This document shows positions 1 through 11,681 of a stretch of DNA of 64,000 nt, piece by piece. The DNA is from Candidatus Binatia bacterium (GTDB lineage: Bacteria; Desulfobacterota; Binatia; HRBIN30). The notes under the pieces were generated by a model. The model worked only from the letters and a program-made list of their open reading frames with translations, ran no database searches and was not told where the DNA came from. Made by a program: the position numbers and the translations under genes. Each line of letters opens with the position of its first letter. The first letter of the stretch is position 1. The stretch is taken from positions 7,125 to 71,124 of the forward strand of contig CALAMI010000008.1 in assembly GCA_937925685.1 (NCBI GenBank), given 5' to 3'.

Positions 1-1
1 C

Positions 2-811
2 GATGGCGCCGTATGGTTGGACGGCAAGGCGGTGGGGTTGGATCAGGATCGGGTGTTGGTGAAGTCGACCGGAGAACCGGCCTACCGGCTCCCGGACATG
101 GCGTATCATCGTCACAAGTTTGCCCGCGGCTTCGACTTGCTGGTGAACGTTCTGGGAGCGGACCATATTGCCGAGCACGAAGATGTCCGAGCGGCATTGC
201 GTGCCTTAGGCTACGACGTGAATCGGCTACGGGTCGTTTTGTATCAGTTTGTGACCCTGACGCGCGGCGGGGAGCAAGTGAAGATGTCGACGCGGCGGGC
301 TGAGTACGTGACTTTGGAGGAGCTGATCGACGAGGTAGGGCCTGACGCCGTGCGCTTTTTCTTCCTCACCCGCAAGGCAGACAGCCACCTGGAGTTCGAC
401 CTGGAACTGGCGAAGCGACAGTCGACGGACAACCCGGTGTTCTATGTTCAGTACGCACATGCACGCGTGTGCAGTTTGATGAAACAGGCTGTGGCTACCG
501 GCGTCAGTCGCCCAGCGGCCGTAGATGCACCGCTCCAACTGCTCACGGCGCCGGAAGAGGTGGCGGTGACAAAACTGCTGGCTTCGTACCCGGACGTAGT
601 GGAAGACGCGGCACGTTTGTGCGAGCCTCATCGGGTGGTGTTTTATTTGATCGACTTGGCCGCCGAGTTCCACCGGTTTTACAACCGCCATCGGGTGCTG
701 ACGGAAGATGTGCAGCAATCGCGGGCACGGCTTTACCTGGCTTGGGCAGCCGGGCGGGTTGTGAGGTTGGGCTTGGGGTTGTTGGGTGTGCGCGCCCCGG
801 AAGAGATGTAA
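2..811 (+). CDS. argS: Arginyl-tRNA synthetase, C-terminal part (5' end outside window)
   Basis: DRVLVKSTG..Y...DMAYH, GADH, KMSTRRAEYVTLEELIDEVGPDAVRFFFL, NPVFYVQYAHAR and LGV.APEEM anticodon-binding end; frame open from base 2. Confidence 0.97.
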   Translation, partial: DGAVWLDGKAVGLDQDRVLVKSTGEPAYRLPDMAYHRHKFARGFDLLVNVLGADHIAEHEDVRAALRALGYDVNRLRVVLYQFVTLTRGGEQVKMSTRRAEYVTLEELIDEVGPDAVRFFFLTRKADSHLEFDLELAKRQSTDNPVFYVQYAHARVCSLMKQAVATGVSRPAAVDAPLQLLTAPEEVAVTKLLASYPDVVEDAARLCEPHRVVFYLIDLAAEFHRFYNRHRVLTEDVQQSRARLYLAWAAGRVVRLGLGLLGVRAPEEM

Positions 812-815
812 GGGG

Positions 816-1544
816 ATGAATTCGACTCGCCGGTCTCAGTCTGGCCTGACTGCGCTCCAAGTCGTTTTTCTCTTTGTGCTCTTCGCGGGCGCGTCGGTGG
901 TGATTTTCCTGTTTGGCATCTGGGTCGGCCGAGATGCAACGGAGCGACGGCTCCTTCGGGAAGAGCGTATGGTCAGGGTTCCGATCGCGGTCAGCACGCC
1001 ATCGCCGGCGCGTGCTGAGGAGCGGCCAGAGGAAGCGGTCGACCGTGCTTTTTACGAACGACTCCGCCAGAAAGCAGCCGAACGCCTCGCGCTAGCGCCA
1101 CCGACCGTGAGTCCAGCGGCCACCGCTGCCGCTGAGTGGACGGTGCCGCCGCGGGTCCTGGTTACCCCGGGGGGGATGACCTGGTTACCGACCTCTACCG
1201 CAATCATCGTGCGGCCAACGCCGCGTCCTACCAACACACTGCGGCCTCGCCCGACGCCGACCCAGCAATCACGGTCGCGACGTGAGGCCCAGGATGCCTG
1301 GGCGGACGCTGGCTGGACGGTGCAGGTGACGGCCACAACCGACGCCACCGAGGCCCGGGCCTTGGTTCAGCGTTTGCGCGCCCGCGGTTTCGACGCGTAT
1401 CTGGTGCAAGCACCCAGCCGCGAAGGGGCGACGTGGTATCGGGTTCGCGTGGGGCGTTTTGCTTCCCGCGAAGAGGCCCAGCGGTGGGAGGCGCGGCTCA
1501 AAAGTGAAGGTGGCTTGCCTGGAGCGTTTGTCACGCCGCGCTAA
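816..1544 (+). CDS. SPOR-domain membrane protein (FtsN/DedD-like)
   Basis: N-terminal TM helix, Pro/Thr linker, C-terminal WTVQV...WYRVRVGRF SPOR motif; common position after argS. Confidence 0.88.
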   Translation: MNSTRRSQSGLTALQVVFLFVLFAGASVVIFLFGIWVGRDATERRLLREERMVRVPIAVSTPSPARAEERPEEAVDRAFYERLRQKAAERLALAPPTVSPAATAAAEWTVPPRVLVTPGGMTWLPTSTAIIVRPTPRPTNTLRPRPTPTQQSRSRREAQDAWADAGWTVQVTATTDATEARALVQRLRARGFDAYLVQAPSREGATWYRVRVGRFASREEAQRWEARLKSEGGLPGAFVTPR

Positions 1545-1554
1545 GGGGTTGCTC

Positions 1555-3036
1555 ATGTTCGAGCCGGATTACGCCGAGTTTTGCTCCCTTGTGGGGAAAG
1601 CGGATCGGGTCGCCGTAGCCCGTGAGATTCTCGCTGACCTCGAAACTCCTGTGTCAGCGTTTTTGAAACTAGACGACGGCGGAGATGCTTTTTTGCTGGA
1701 AAGCGTCGAAGGGGCGGAAAAGTGGGGTCGGTTTAGTTTTCTCGGCATTCGACCTGCGGCGGTGCTGAGCGCCAAAGGAACACAAACATCCCTGGCATTC
1801 CGTGGAGAAAGGCCACGCGTCGTCGAAGGCGTGAATCCATTGGCAGAGGCCCGGCGGGTTTTAAAGGAAATGCGGACGTGGTCGGCCCGCCCGTTGCCCC
1901 GATTCGATGGAGGCTGGGTGGGCTATCTAGGTTACGATCTCGTCCGGCATTTCGAACGTCTGCCGGCTGCACCTCGCGACGATCTGCAGCTCCCGGATGT
2001 CTACTTGATGCTAGTGGACACGTTCTTAGTATTTGACAACTTGCGGCACACAATTACTGCGGTGACCTACGCGCCGACACAGGGGCAGCCTCCGGAGCAA
2101 AGCTATCGAGAGGCCTGCCAGCGCCTGGACGAGCTTTTGGAGAGGCTGCGGCGCCCAGTGGATGCTCCGATGGAGTTCGGCGCGCCGAAGACCCTGACCT
2201 CGCCCCGTGCAAACCTTTCCCCTGAGCAATTTGAAGCAATGGTACGCAAAGCCAAGGAGTACATTGTCGCTGGAGACATCATTCAAGTGGTCTTGGCGCT
2301 GCGCTTCGCGGGCGAACTCCAGGCCGACCCGTTCCAGATTTACCGTTGCCTTCGCAAGGTCAACCCAGCGCCCTACATGTTTTTCTTGCGGGCTGGGGAG
2401 GCGACATTGGTTGGTTCTTCACCTGAGGTCATGGTTCGCTTGGAAGGGCGTGAGGTCACAGTTCGCCCGATTGCTGGAACACGCCCCCGGGGTACCGACG
2501 AGGTAGCGGACCGGGAACTGGAGAACGAATTGCGTCAGGATGCCAAGGAGATCGCCGAGCACATCATGCTGGTTGACCTGGGACGGAACGACGTTGGCCG
2601 CGTGGCGGAGGTGGGCTCTGTTGAGGTTACCGAGTGCATGGTCGTGGAACGTTACTCCCACGTGATGCATTTGGTTTCCAACGTACGCGGCACGTTGCGG
2701 CCGGGACTTGACGCGTGGGATGCCTTGGCTGCGACATTTCCCGCCGGCACGCTCACGGGTGCGCCTAAAATTCGCGCGATGGAAATTATCGACGAGCTCG
2801 AGCCTACGCAGCGCGGAGTATATGGCGGAGCAGTGGGCTACGTCGGCTTTTCTGGTAACATGGATACCTGCATCACGATTCGGACGATACTGGTCAGAGG
2901 CAGCCGTTACTACGTGCAAGCCGGTGCGGGCATTGTGGCCGATTCCATTCCGGAGCGCGAGTATCAAGAATGCGTCAACAAAGCGCGAGCAGCACTGCAG
3001 GCCATTCGCCTGGCGGAAAGCCTGAAGCCCGACTAA
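1555..3036 (+). CDS. trpE: Anthranilate synthase component I
   Basis: [66 protein letters not shown]. Confidence 0.97.
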   Translation: MFEPDYAEFCSLVGKADRVAVAREILADLETPVSAFLKLDDGGDAFLLESVEGAEKWGRFSFLGIRPAAVLSAKGTQTSLAFRGERPRVVEGVNPLAEARRVLKEMRTWSARPLPRFDGGWVGYLGYDLVRHFERLPAAPRDDLQLPDVYLMLVDTFLVFDNLRHTITAVTYAPTQGQPPEQSYREACQRLDELLERLRRPVDAPMEFGAPKTLTSPRANLSPEQFEAMVRKAKEYIVAGDIIQVVLALRFAGELQADPFQIYRCLRKVNPAPYMFFLRAGEATLVGSSPEVMVRLEGREVTVRPIAGTRPRGTDEVADRELENELRQDAKEIAEHIMLVDLGRNDVGRVAEVGSVEVTECMVVERYSHVMHLVSNVRGTLRPGLDAWDALAATFPAGTLTGAPKIRAMEIIDELEPTQRGVYGGAVGYVGFSGNMDTCITIRTILVRGSRYYVQAGAGIVADSIPEREYQECVNKARAALQAIRLAESLKPD

Positions 3037-3050
3037 GTTCCCCGGTCACC

Positions 3051-3620
3051 ATGTTGTTGATGATCGACAATTACGACTCGTTTACCTACAACCTCGTGCA
3101 GTACTTCGGGGAGCTCGGGGCCGAAGTCCGGGTGGTCCGCAACGATGCGGTAACGCTGGAAGAAATCGATTTCTGGAAGCCGAAGCAAATCGTGATTTCT
3201 CCAGGCCCTTGTACCCCTGCGGAAGCGGGGATCTCGGTTGCGGTGATTCGGCGTTTTGCTGGGAGTGTGCCGCTTTTGGGTGTGTGCTTAGGGCATCAAA
3301 GTATTGCCGCGGCCTTCGGGGGGCGGGTGGTGCGAGCCGCACGGCTGATGCACGGCAAAACGTCGGATATTTTTCACGATGGAAAAAGCATTTTCTCTGG
3401 CCTCCCCAACCCCTTTCCAGCTACACGTTACCATTCTCTCGTCGTGGAAGAGAGTTCTTTGCCCCCGTGTTTGGAGGTCAGTGCAAGAACGGCAGAGGGT
3501 GAAATCATGGGTTTGCGCCACCGCCAGTATTTGGTGGAAGGCGTACAATTTCACCCGGAATCGATCCTGACAACAGCCGGTAAGGAGTTGCTGCGCAACT
3601 TCCTGTCTCTCACAGCTTAA
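3051..3620 (+). CDS. trpG: Anthranilate synthase component II (glutamine amidotransferase)
   Basis: [36 protein letters not shown]. Confidence 0.96.
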   Translation: MLLMIDNYDSFTYNLVQYFGELGAEVRVVRNDAVTLEEIDFWKPKQIVISPGPCTPAEAGISVAVIRRFAGSVPLLGVCLGHQSIAAAFGGRVVRAARLMHGKTSDIFHDGKSIFSGLPNPFPATRYHSLVVEESSLPPCLEVSARTAEGEIMGLRHRQYLVEGVQFHPESILTTAGKELLRNFLSLTA

Positions 3621-3627
3621 AGGAAAA

Positions 3628-4644
3628 ATGTCTTTGCAGGTTACTCGTGCGTTGAAGAGTTTGGTCGAGGGACAAAACCTTGAGGCTGGCGAAGCGGAGG
3701 CGTTGGTTCGGGAGATCATGAGGGGCGAAGCCAGCCCCGTCCAGTTAGCTGGACTCTTAGTGGCTTGGCGGATGAAAGGAGAAACCACTGCCGAGCTTGT
3801 GGGTGCGGCCCGCGCGTTGCGTGCGTGCGCGGAGGTGATCTGCCCCAAGGTTCCCGTCGTCGATACCTGCGGCACCGGAGGTGACGGCTCGAATTCTTTC
3901 AACATCTCCACCGCGGCAGCGTTAATCACTGCAGCGCTAGGGGTGGCGGTGGCCAAGCACGGTAACCGTGCGGTTTCCGGTAAAGTAGGGGGGGCGGACA
4001 TTCTCGAGGCGTTGGGTATCCGCATCGACTTGCCCCCGGAACGCGTGCAAGCGTGCATCGAGACTACAGGGTTTGGTTTTCTCTTTGCCCCACGGTTTCA
4101 CCCTGCCATGCGACACGTTGCTGGGGTACGTCGCGAGCTTGGAGTACGTACGATCTTTAACCTCCTTGGTCCGTTGGCAAATCCTGCCGGAGCCAAACGA
4201 CAAGTCGTGGGTGTGTTCGGAGCACGGTGGTTACACCCCATGGCCCAGGTACTGGGTGAGCTCGGTGCCGAACGTGCTCTGGTGGTCCACAGCGAGGATG
4301 GGCTCGATGAGATTTCGTTGTCGGCTCCCACACGAGTGTGTGAATGGGACGGAGAGGAGGTGCGGGCGTGGACATTGGAGCCAACGAAACTGGGCGTTCC
4401 CACTTATCCACGGGAAGTCTTCGTTTGCCCGGACTTGAACACGGCCCTCGAGCGCATGCGAACGGTTCTTCGGGGGGAGCCAGGACCGTGCACGGACGTC
4501 GCTAAGGTCAACGCTGCGGCGGCGATGTACGTTGCGGGACGAGTTGCGACGATAGGAGAGGGGGTAGCGCTGGCGCACGACGCACTAACTCGCGGGCTGG
4601 TCTGGCGGAAGGTGCAAGAAATTATAGCTTGGACGAATCGATGA
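3628..4644 (+). CDS. trpD: Anthranilate phosphoribosyltransferase
   Basis: DTCGTGGDG, NISTA, KHGNRAVS, RTIFNLLGPLANP, DGLDE. Confidence 0.97.
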   Translation: MSLQVTRALKSLVEGQNLEAGEAEALVREIMRGEASPVQLAGLLVAWRMKGETTAELVGAARALRACAEVICPKVPVVDTCGTGGDGSNSFNISTAAALITAALGVAVAKHGNRAVSGKVGGADILEALGIRIDLPPERVQACIETTGFGFLFAPRFHPAMRHVAGVRRELGVRTIFNLLGPLANPAGAKRQVVGVFGARWLHPMAQVLGELGAERALVVHSEDGLDEISLSAPTRVCEWDGEEVRAWTLEPTKLGVPTYPREVFVCPDLNTALERMRTVLRGEPGPCTDVAKVNAAAAMYVAGRVATIGEGVALAHDALTRGLVWRKVQEIIAWTNR

Positions 4645-5414
4645 TTCTCGATCGCATCTTGTCGACGAAACGGGCCGAAGTAGAGCAGGCAAAACGGCGA
4701 GTGCCGGTGAGCGAACTTGTCCGGATGCCGTGGTATGGTGCTCCCCGGCGGAATTTTCTCGCGGCACTGCAAAGACGGCGGGCGATCATTGCGGAGGTCA
4801 AGAAGGCCTCGCCATCAAAAGGTGTGATCTGTAGAGATTTTGATCCTGTGGGCTTGGCGCGGGCCTATGAAGCAGGAGGTGCGGCGGCCATTTCGGTGTT
4901 GACGGAGTCGGAGTTTTTCCTCGGGGCCCTGGAGCATTTGAGTGCAGTTCGTGAGGCTGTCGGTTTGCCCTTGCTGCGCAAAGACTTTTTGTTCGATCCC
5001 TACCAGTTGCACGAAGCCAGGGCATACGGTGCCGACGCGGTGTTGCTCATCGTCCGCGCCCTCGAGCCGAAGCAGTTGCGCTACCTTCTCGATGAGGCGA
5101 AGGACCTCGAGTTAGCCGCTTTGGTCGAGGTACACAACGAACAAGAAGTCGAAGCGGCTTTAGCTGCGGCAGTGGGGCTCATTGGGGTGAACAATCGCGA
5201 CTTGGCCACGTTTGCCACTTCGCTCGAAATCACGGAGCATCTGGCTTCCCACGCTGGCCGCGACGGGGCGGTCGTTGTCGCTGAAAGCGGAATTGAAACC
5301 CAGCAAGACATCCGACGTTTGGAACGCGTGGGCGTGCGAGCGTTTTTGGTCGGCGAAGCGTTGGTACGTTCCCGAAACCCCGTCGCTAAGCTCGCGGAGC
5401 TTTTGGGCACGTAG
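4641..5414 (+). CDS. trpC: Indole-3-glycerol phosphate synthase
   Basis: IIAEVKKASPSKG, ISVLTE, LRKDF, GVNNRDL, AESGI, LVGEAL. Confidence 0.97.
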   Translation: MILDRILSTKRAEVEQAKRRVPVSELVRMPWYGAPRRNFLAALQRRRAIIAEVKKASPSKGVICRDFDPVGLARAYEAGGAAAISVLTESEFFLGALEHLSAVREAVGLPLLRKDFLFDPYQLHEARAYGADAVLLIVRALEPKQLRYLLDEAKDLELAALVEVHNEQEVEAALAAAVGLIGVNNRDLATFATSLEITEHLASHAGRDGAVVVAESGIETQQDIRRLERVGVRAFLVGEALVRSRNPVAKLAELLGT

Positions 5415-5428
5415 GCACGACCCGGAGC

Positions 5429-6040
5429 ATGGTGGTCGTTAAAATTTGTGGGATTACCAGCCCCCTCGATGCGTTGGCCGCGGTGCGGTCGGGTGCCGAT
5501 TGGCTGGGTCTCAATTTTTGGGTGGGAAGCCGCCGCTGCGTAAGCGTGGCGCGCGCCCGAGAAATCATGGCTTGTATCCCTAAAGAGATTCGCGTTGTCG
5601 GGGTTTTTGTGAATGCCCCACGGAAAGAGGTCGAAGCCATTGCCGCCGACCTTGGCTTGGATGTGTTGCAGTTCCACGGAGACGAGCCTCCAGAGTACTG
5701 CCAGGGTTGGGAGTGGCCGGTCATCAAGGCCGTGCGGGTAGGCAGCCGAGACGATCTGGAGGCAGCCCGCGCGTACGAAGTGGATTACGTTTTGGTCGAC
5801 GCTCATGTTTCCGGTCACTATGGGGGCACGGGACAGCGGGCGAATTGGGCCGCGGTTGCGCTGTGGTCATCAGAACGACCGGTCATCCTAGCTGGTGGAC
5901 TAACGGCTGAGAACGTAGGCGAGGCAATCCGGGTGGTACGGCCGTTTGCGGTGGACGTTGCCAGTGGTGTGGAGATGCGCCCCGGGACCAAAGATCCACT
6001 TGCCATGAGGAGGTTTGTTGAGAATGCAAAATCTGCCTGA
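5429..6040 (+). CDS. trpF: Phosphoribosylanthranilate isomerase
   Basis: [33 protein letters not shown]. Confidence 0.97.
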   Translation: MVVVKICGITSPLDALAAVRSGADWLGLNFWVGSRRCVSVARAREIMACIPKEIRVVGVFVNAPRKEVEAIAADLGLDVLQFHGDEPPEYCQGWEWPVIKAVRVGSRDDLEAARAYEVDYVLVDAHVSGHYGGTGQRANWAAVALWSSERPVILAGGLTAENVGEAIRVVRPFAVDVASGVEMRPGTKDPLAMRRFVENAKSA

Positions 6041-7217
6041 CCGAAGGGGCCACTACGGGATGTTTGGTGGCCGTTACGTGGCCGAAACGCTCATGCCCGC
6101 GTTGATCGAACTCGAGAGAGCGTATCGCCAAATCAGCCGCGATCGGAATTTTCGCCAACAGCTCCAGAAATACCTTCGTGATTACGCCGGTCGTGAGACG
6201 CCCCTTTATTTTGCCGAGCGGCTAACCGCGAGGCTCGGAGGGGCGAAGATTTACCTCAAGCGCGAAGACCTTTGCCACACCGGTTCGCACAAGATCAACA
6301 ACGCTCTCGGCCAAGCGCTGCTCGCTCGCCAAATGGGCAAGCAACGGCTCATCGCGGAAACCGGTGCCGGTCAGCACGGTGTGGCTACAGCGACGGTGGC
6401 CGCCTTGCTTGGCTTTCCCTGCGAAGTGTTCATGGGCAGCGAGGATGTGCAGCGTCAGTCGCTTAATGTATTTCGCATGAAATTGCTGGGTGCCCAGGTG
6501 CGGCCGGTGTCTGCTGGCAGTGCGACCTTGAAGGATGCCATTAACGAGGCATTGCGCGACTGGGTGACTCATGTGGAGACCACGCATTATCTTGTGGGCT
6601 CCACGATGTCTGCGCACCCGTACCCGATGATGGTCCGTGACTTTCAGTCGGTGATCGGTAAGGAAACCAAGCGTCAAATTCTCCGCCGTGAAGGACGCCT
6701 CCCGGATTACCTTGTCGCTTGTGTGGGCGGAGGGAGTAATGCAATGGGCTTGTTTTATCCGTTTCTCGACAATCGGGAGGTGAGGCTCGTTGGCGTTGAA
6801 GGTGGGGGGCGGGGACTCGACACTGGCGAACACGCGGCCTCGATTTGTGCCGGAAGCGTTGGCATCTTGCATGGGAAAAAGACGTACATCTTGCAAGATG
6901 AAATGGGCCAGATTCGCCCGGCCCATTCGATCTCTGCGGGCCTGGATTATCCTGGGGTTGGTCCGGAACACGCCTACCTACATTTTACTGGCAGGGCACA
7001 GTACGTCGCGGTAACCGATAGCGAGGCGCTCGAAGCCTTCCAGCTTCTTTCCGAAAGCGAAGGAATTATCCCAGCCTTAGAGAGCGCTCATGCCGTGGCT
7101 TATGCAGCTAAGCTCGCTCCTAGGTTGGAGAGGGAACAGGTGATCGTGGTGAACTTGTCTGGTCGCGGGGACAAGGATATGGGCACGGTGGCCAACGCCT
7201 TAGGGGTGACGTTGTGA
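6024..7217 (+). CDS. trpB: Tryptophan synthase beta chain
   Basis: [54 protein letters not shown]. Confidence 0.98.
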   Translation: MQNLPDRRGHYGMFGGRYVAETLMPALIELERAYRQISRDRNFRQQLQKYLRDYAGRETPLYFAERLTARLGGAKIYLKREDLCHTGSHKINNALGQALLARQMGKQRLIAETGAGQHGVATATVAALLGFPCEVFMGSEDVQRQSLNVFRMKLLGAQVRPVSAGSATLKDAINEALRDWVTHVETTHYLVGSTMSAHPYPMMVRDFQSVIGKETKRQILRREGRLPDYLVACVGGGSNAMGLFYPFLDNREVRLVGVEGGGRGLDTGEHAASICAGSVGILHGKKTYILQDEMGQIRPAHSISAGLDYPGVGPEHAYLHFTGRAQYVAVTDSEALEAFQLLSESEGIIPALESAHAVAYAAKLAPRLEREQVIVVNLSGRGDKDMGTVANALGVTL

Positions 7218-8089
7218 GCGCAACATTGTACGGCACCTGGAGCAAGTCGATCAGCGCTTCGAAGAAGAACCGAATCGACGAGGTGTTTGCTGCCTTGCGG
7301 CAGCGTGGAGAGGTTGGGCTGATTCCTTTTCTGACACTCGGGGACCCGAGCGTGGAAGCGACCCTGACCCTCATGCGAAAGGTAGAAGAGGCAGGAGCGG
7401 ATCTGATCGAACTTGGTGTACCGTTTTCGGACCCTACGGCCGACGGGCCCGTGTTACAGCACTCGCTGGAAGTCGGCTTACGATCCGGGGCAACCCTAAC
7501 GCGCGCTCTGGAGTTGGTCCAACAATTTCGACGGAGCTCGCAAACCCCGATCGTTCTTTACGGCTACTACAATCCAATCTTTCGCTATGGTCTCGAAGCC
7601 TTCGCTCGCGATGCGGCCGCTGCGGGCATCGATGGGCTGCTGGTTGTGGACTTGCCTCCGGACGAGGCCGACGAGCTGCTGCAGTGGACTCGGCCTGCCG
7701 GTTTGCATTTCGTCTGTTTGCTGGCTCCCACGAGCGGCCCGGAACGGATTCGATTGGTTTTGCAGCACGCTGCCGGGTTCATTTACTACGTGTCTGTCAC
7801 CGGGGTTACCGGAGTAAAACCCATTCAACCATGGGAAGTGCGGCCTGTTATCTTGGCTTTGCGGCAGGAGACCGAATTGCCAATCGGTGTCGGATTTGGC
7901 ATCTCCACGGCAGAACAAGCGGCGGCCGTGGCAGCGTTTGCCGATGCGGTGGTGGTCGGCAGTGCCCTCATGCGGCTGGTAGATCAGCACCGCGACCAAA
8001 GCGATGTCGACGAGGTCGTTGCTCAATTCGTTCGGCGACTGAAAGAAGCCACGCGAAACGTCAAACGCCCACTGGCAGGAGCGATGTGA
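7214..8089 (+). CDS. trpA: Tryptophan synthase alpha chain
   Basis: [40 protein letters not shown]; start uncertain (GTG overlapping the trpB stop). Confidence 0.96.
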   Translation: MSATLYGTWSKSISASKKNRIDEVFAALRQRGEVGLIPFLTLGDPSVEATLTLMRKVEEAGADLIELGVPFSDPTADGPVLQHSLEVGLRSGATLTRALELVQQFRRSSQTPIVLYGYYNPIFRYGLEAFARDAAAAGIDGLLVVDLPPDEADELLQWTRPAGLHFVCLLAPTSGPERIRLVLQHAAGFIYYVSVTGVTGVKPIQPWEVRPVILALRQETELPIGVGFGISTAEQAAAVAAFADAVVVGSALMRLVDQHRDQSDVDEVVAQFVRRLKEATRNVKRPLAGAM

Positions 8090-8107
8090 GTCGAGGCGAG
8101 AGCATTC

Positions 8108-9427
8108 ATGGTTGCAGCCACTTATCCCGAGCTGCTCGACTGGCTGTATACTTTAGAGGCCCGCAAGGGCATGGATTTCAAGCTCGAACGGGTCGCAGCA
8201 GTCTTGGAAGAACTGGGACACCCGGAAAGAAAATACCCAGTGGTCCATATTGCTGGTACGAACGGGAAAGGTTCGGTAGCAGCCATGCTGCATGCTGTGG
8301 CGTGTGGCGCGGGATTGGATGCCGGCCTGTACACGTCTCCGCACCTTGTTCGCTTTACCGAGCGCATCCAGGTGGGGAAGAAGGAAATTGCGCCGGAGGA
8401 GGTGGTTGATGGGGCACGTGAGGTGCACCGCGCGGCCACGTTACGCGGCGTCGAGCTGACATTTTTCGAATTCGCCACAGTCCTCGCATTTCAGTATTTC
8501 GCGCAGCGAAAAGTGCCCTTGGCCGTGGTCGAGACGGGTCTGGGGGGGCGCCTCGACGCCACCAATGTGGTGTGGCCGGAGCTCTGCATTATTACCAATG
8601 TCGGATTCGATCATCAGGAATTCCTCGGCAACTCCCTGACTTCGATTGCGGCCGAAAAAGCGGGAATTCTTAAGCACGGCGTGCCCGCAGTGGTTGGCCC
8701 GGTGCCGACGGAAGCAAAAGTTGTCATTGCTGCCCGTGCGCGGATGCAAAGCGCCCCGGTTTGGTGGGCTGGCAATGACTTTAACTGGTGGGGGAACGAC
8801 GGAGACTGGTCGTTCCGGGGGCCCATGGGCGAACTTCACCATGTACGGTTGGGTTTACGGGGAAGCCATCAGTGTGAAAATGCAGCCGTTGCTGTGGCCG
8901 CCATACAAGCTCTCTCGAGCCGCTTCGACTTAGCACCGGAGACATGGCGAACAGGCTTGGCGCACGTCCGTTGGCCAGGACGCCTCGAAGTCTTGAGCGG
9001 AGACCCTTTAGTCATCTTAGATGGCGCGCACAACGTTGACGGCGTGCGGGCCTTAGTGACAGCGCTCCCGCAAATCGTAGGCGGGCGGCGCGTGCGGGTA
9101 TTGTTCGGGGTGATGGCTGACAAGGATTGGGCTGCCATGATCGACCTCTTGGCCCCACATGTCGAGTCCGTCACGGTGACGCGGACGCCTTCGCGGCGAA
9201 GTGCAGAGCCCGCAAGTGTGGCTCGGCGGTGGTGTACGAGAGTGGCAACGGAAGTGGACGACGACCCGAGAAGGGCCTTCGAGCGTATACTACACGCACT
9301 TCGTGGCGACGAGGCGTTATTGGTCACGGGCTCGCTCTTTCTAGTTGGACAGATACGCGCGGAATTTTTAGCTCGCGAGACGAAAGAGGATCGCCACCCA
9401 GGGATTCCCCGTGTGGATGTTCTTTGA
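8108..9427 (+). CDS. folC: Folylpolyglutamate synthase/dihydrofolate synthase
   Basis: HIAGTNGKGS, YTSPHL, ETGLGGRLDATN, WPGRLE, LDGAHN, TGSLFLVG. Confidence 0.96.
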   Translation: MVAATYPELLDWLYTLEARKGMDFKLERVAAVLEELGHPERKYPVVHIAGTNGKGSVAAMLHAVACGAGLDAGLYTSPHLVRFTERIQVGKKEIAPEEVVDGAREVHRAATLRGVELTFFEFATVLAFQYFAQRKVPLAVVETGLGGRLDATNVVWPELCIITNVGFDHQEFLGNSLTSIAAEKAGILKHGVPAVVGPVPTEAKVVIAARARMQSAPVWWAGNDFNWWGNDGDWSFRGPMGELHHVRLGLRGSHQCENAAVAVAAIQALSSRFDLAPETWRTGLAHVRWPGRLEVLSGDPLVILDGAHNVDGVRALVTALPQIVGGRRVRVLFGVMADKDWAAMIDLLAPHVESVTVTRTPSRRSAEPASVARRWCTRVATEVDDDPRRAFERILHALRGDEALLVTGSLFLVGQIRAEFLARETKEDRHPGIPRVDVL

Positions 9428-11663
9428 AGGTCGCATCCCAGAAAAGTTGTTTGGGTTCGGAGCAATCGCCTGGATCACGCTTTTTTTTACCTTGGCGGCA
9501 CACGCCTTCACTACCGAGTTGCCCGCCGATTTGCCGGTTCAAGTGGAAGCTGACTCCCTGGTGTATGACCGGGACCGTGATGTTCTCGTGGCCACTGGCC
9601 GCGTGGTCGTGCGTTATGGCGAGATCGAGGTGCTTGCAGAGAAGGTGGTCGTGGAGCGGTCCACCTCTGTGGTCCATGCCGAGGGCGGCGTTCGCGTCGA
9701 CAGCCCTGAGGGAGTGTTGTTTGCCGATCGAGCTCGCATCGACCTCGAACAAGAAGTTGGTGAATTGAAAGGTGCAGCCCTTCGTTCGCGGAGGCTGCAA
9801 TACTCGTTGTGGGGCAGCTCCATGGAAAAGTTTGCTGGTCAGCGTTACCGCATCGTCAATGGCCGCTTTACCACATGCAACTGCGAAGAGGGCCGTCAGA
9901 GCTGGAGTATTGCGGCAAATGACCTCGAAGTGACCGTGGAGGGTTACGGGGTCGCTCGCGGTGCCACGTTCAACATACTCGATTTCCCTGTTCTTTACTT
10001 GCCGCGCATTGCCTTTCCAGTGCAACGCGAGCGGCAAAGCGGGTTTTTGATGCCCCGCTTCGGAGCGTCAAACCAGCGTGGGTTTCAAACGGTAATCCCC
10101 TTTTACTGGGCCATTGATCCGAGTCGTGAGGCGACCTTCGGTTTCGATCTGGAGACTGGGGCGCGGATTGGTGCCTTGGCCGAATACCGCTACCGCTCGA
10201 GCTTAGATGATCGAGGAACCCTTGCATTTTCCTATTTCAACGAATTTTTGCGCGGAGATCGTGTGCGAGGGTCCAAAACCGTCCCGCAGGACCGCTGGAG
10301 TGTCTCTAGCGCCGTGGACCACCGCTTGGGGAAGACCCTGCAACTCTATGCGGATGGGAACCTGATAAGTGACGATCAGTTTTTTCGGGAGATGAATACG
10401 TACTCGTTCGAGCGCGGGCGAACGGTGTACTTGCGTACGTTACCGTACACCACTTCGCGTGTCGGTGGGATCTACGTATTTCCTCGCTCCCTCCTGGCAC
10501 TCGATGCCACATATTTTCAGGACCTGACCGACCCGTTGGAGTCCCGGACGGTGCACACGACGCCGCGCCTGTGGTGGACGGGACAAGTGCCGTTACAGAC
10601 GTGGCTGCTGGCGGACTGGTCCGCAGGGTGGACACAATTCGAGCGAAGCCAGGGGCCCGCGGGCGCTCGTTTACTCGCGCAACCACGAGTGGTCGCAAGT
10701 ATTCCGTTGTCGCCATGGGGATACGGCCTGGTTTCTGCAAAGTTTTGGCAAAGCGCTTATGCCCTCCATCGAACCCAACCGCTCTCGGCTACCGGCGAGG
10801 CTCGGAGCCTACCAGCGACCTCGCATCGGGAACAAATAGAGGTAAGGGTCGAGGCCGGAAGTATGCTGCAGCGAGTGTACGAATTCCCTTATTGGGGAAT
10901 GGATAGGCTGAAACACACCATAGAGCCGGTGGCTCAGTATTACTACGTTCCTTCAGTACGGCAGGAGGAATTACCTTTTTTTGACGCATTGGACCGGGTC
11001 AACCACCGCAATGTTCTGGCCTATGGGGTGGTAAGCCGGCTGCTGGGCCGGTTTCCTTCGCCAAGCAGTCACCAAGCCGGCGGGTCACGAGCAGGGACCA
11101 CGCGCGAACTTGCGCGGGTATCGCTACTGCAAGCTTACGATGTAAGTCGGGTCGTTCCACCAGTCACGCAGCGACTGACCGAGAGTCATTTGTCCGACCT
11201 CGACATCTGGGGAACGGTGAACCCAAGCCGCTCTTTATCGTTCCGTTTTGCCGGTACGTTGGATACGCAGGCTGCCGAGTTCAGTTCAACCAATGTGGGC
11301 GTGTTCGTGGAGGACCCACGCCAGCTCGACAGCGCGGTCGGGAAGCGTCTTGCCACGCGCACCAGCATGGGCGTGGCTTACCGGTTGTTGGCCAATAATG
11401 TGTTGCAGCAAATTGACGCTAACTTCGTGTTGCGGCTCACTGACTGGGCCGGGGTATCGTATGCGACTCGCTATAACGTTCCCGCAAAGCGCTTTTTAGA
11501 GAATTACGTTGGGTTGCGCCTTGTGTCCCGCTGCGATTGTTGGTCCGTAGACCTAGCGGTTTCGAACCGCCCCAATCCGAATGAGACAGAGGCGCGACTA
11601 CAGGTAACGCTCGTTGGGCTTTCCAGCACGCGCCAAACCACGCGTGTCGCCGCTGCCCCTTAA
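9411..11663 (+). CDS. lptD: LPS-assembly outer-membrane protein LptD
   Basis: Signal peptide, OstA-like N-domain (EADSLVYD), FTTC, RQSGFLMP, PFYWAI, HTIEP...Y.YVP, CDCW near the C-terminus. Confidence 0.85.
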   Translation: MWMFFEGRIPEKLFGFGAIAWITLFFTLAAHAFTTELPADLPVQVEADSLVYDRDRDVLVATGRVVVRYGEIEVLAEKVVVERSTSVVHAEGGVRVDSPEGVLFADRARIDLEQEVGELKGAALRSRRLQYSLWGSSMEKFAGQRYRIVNGRFTTCNCEEGRQSWSIAANDLEVTVEGYGVARGATFNILDFPVLYLPRIAFPVQRERQSGFLMPRFGASNQRGFQTVIPFYWAIDPSREATFGFDLETGARIGALAEYRYRSSLDDRGTLAFSYFNEFLRGDRVRGSKTVPQDRWSVSSAVDHRLGKTLQLYADGNLISDDQFFREMNTYSFERGRTVYLRTLPYTTSRVGGIYVFPRSLLALDATYFQDLTDPLESRTVHTTPRLWWTGQVPLQTWLLADWSAGWTQFERSQGPAGARLLAQPRVVASIPLSPWGYGLVSAKFWQSAYALHRTQPLSATGEARSLPATSHREQIEVRVEAGSMLQRVYEFPYWGMDRLKHTIEPVAQYYYVPSVRQEELPFFDALDRVNHRNVLAYGVVSRLLGRFPSPSSHQAGGSRAGTTRELARVSLLQAYDVSRVVPPVTQRLTESHLSDLDIWGTVNPSRSLSFRFAGTLDTQAAEFSSTNVGVFVEDPRQLDSAVGKRLATRTSMGVAYRLLANNVLQQIDANFVLRLTDWAGVSYATRYNVPAKRFLENYVGLRLVSRCDCWSVDLAVSNRPNPNETEARLQVTLVGLSSTRQTTRVAAAP

Positions 11664-11681
11664 CCGTTGCGGAAGATTGCT

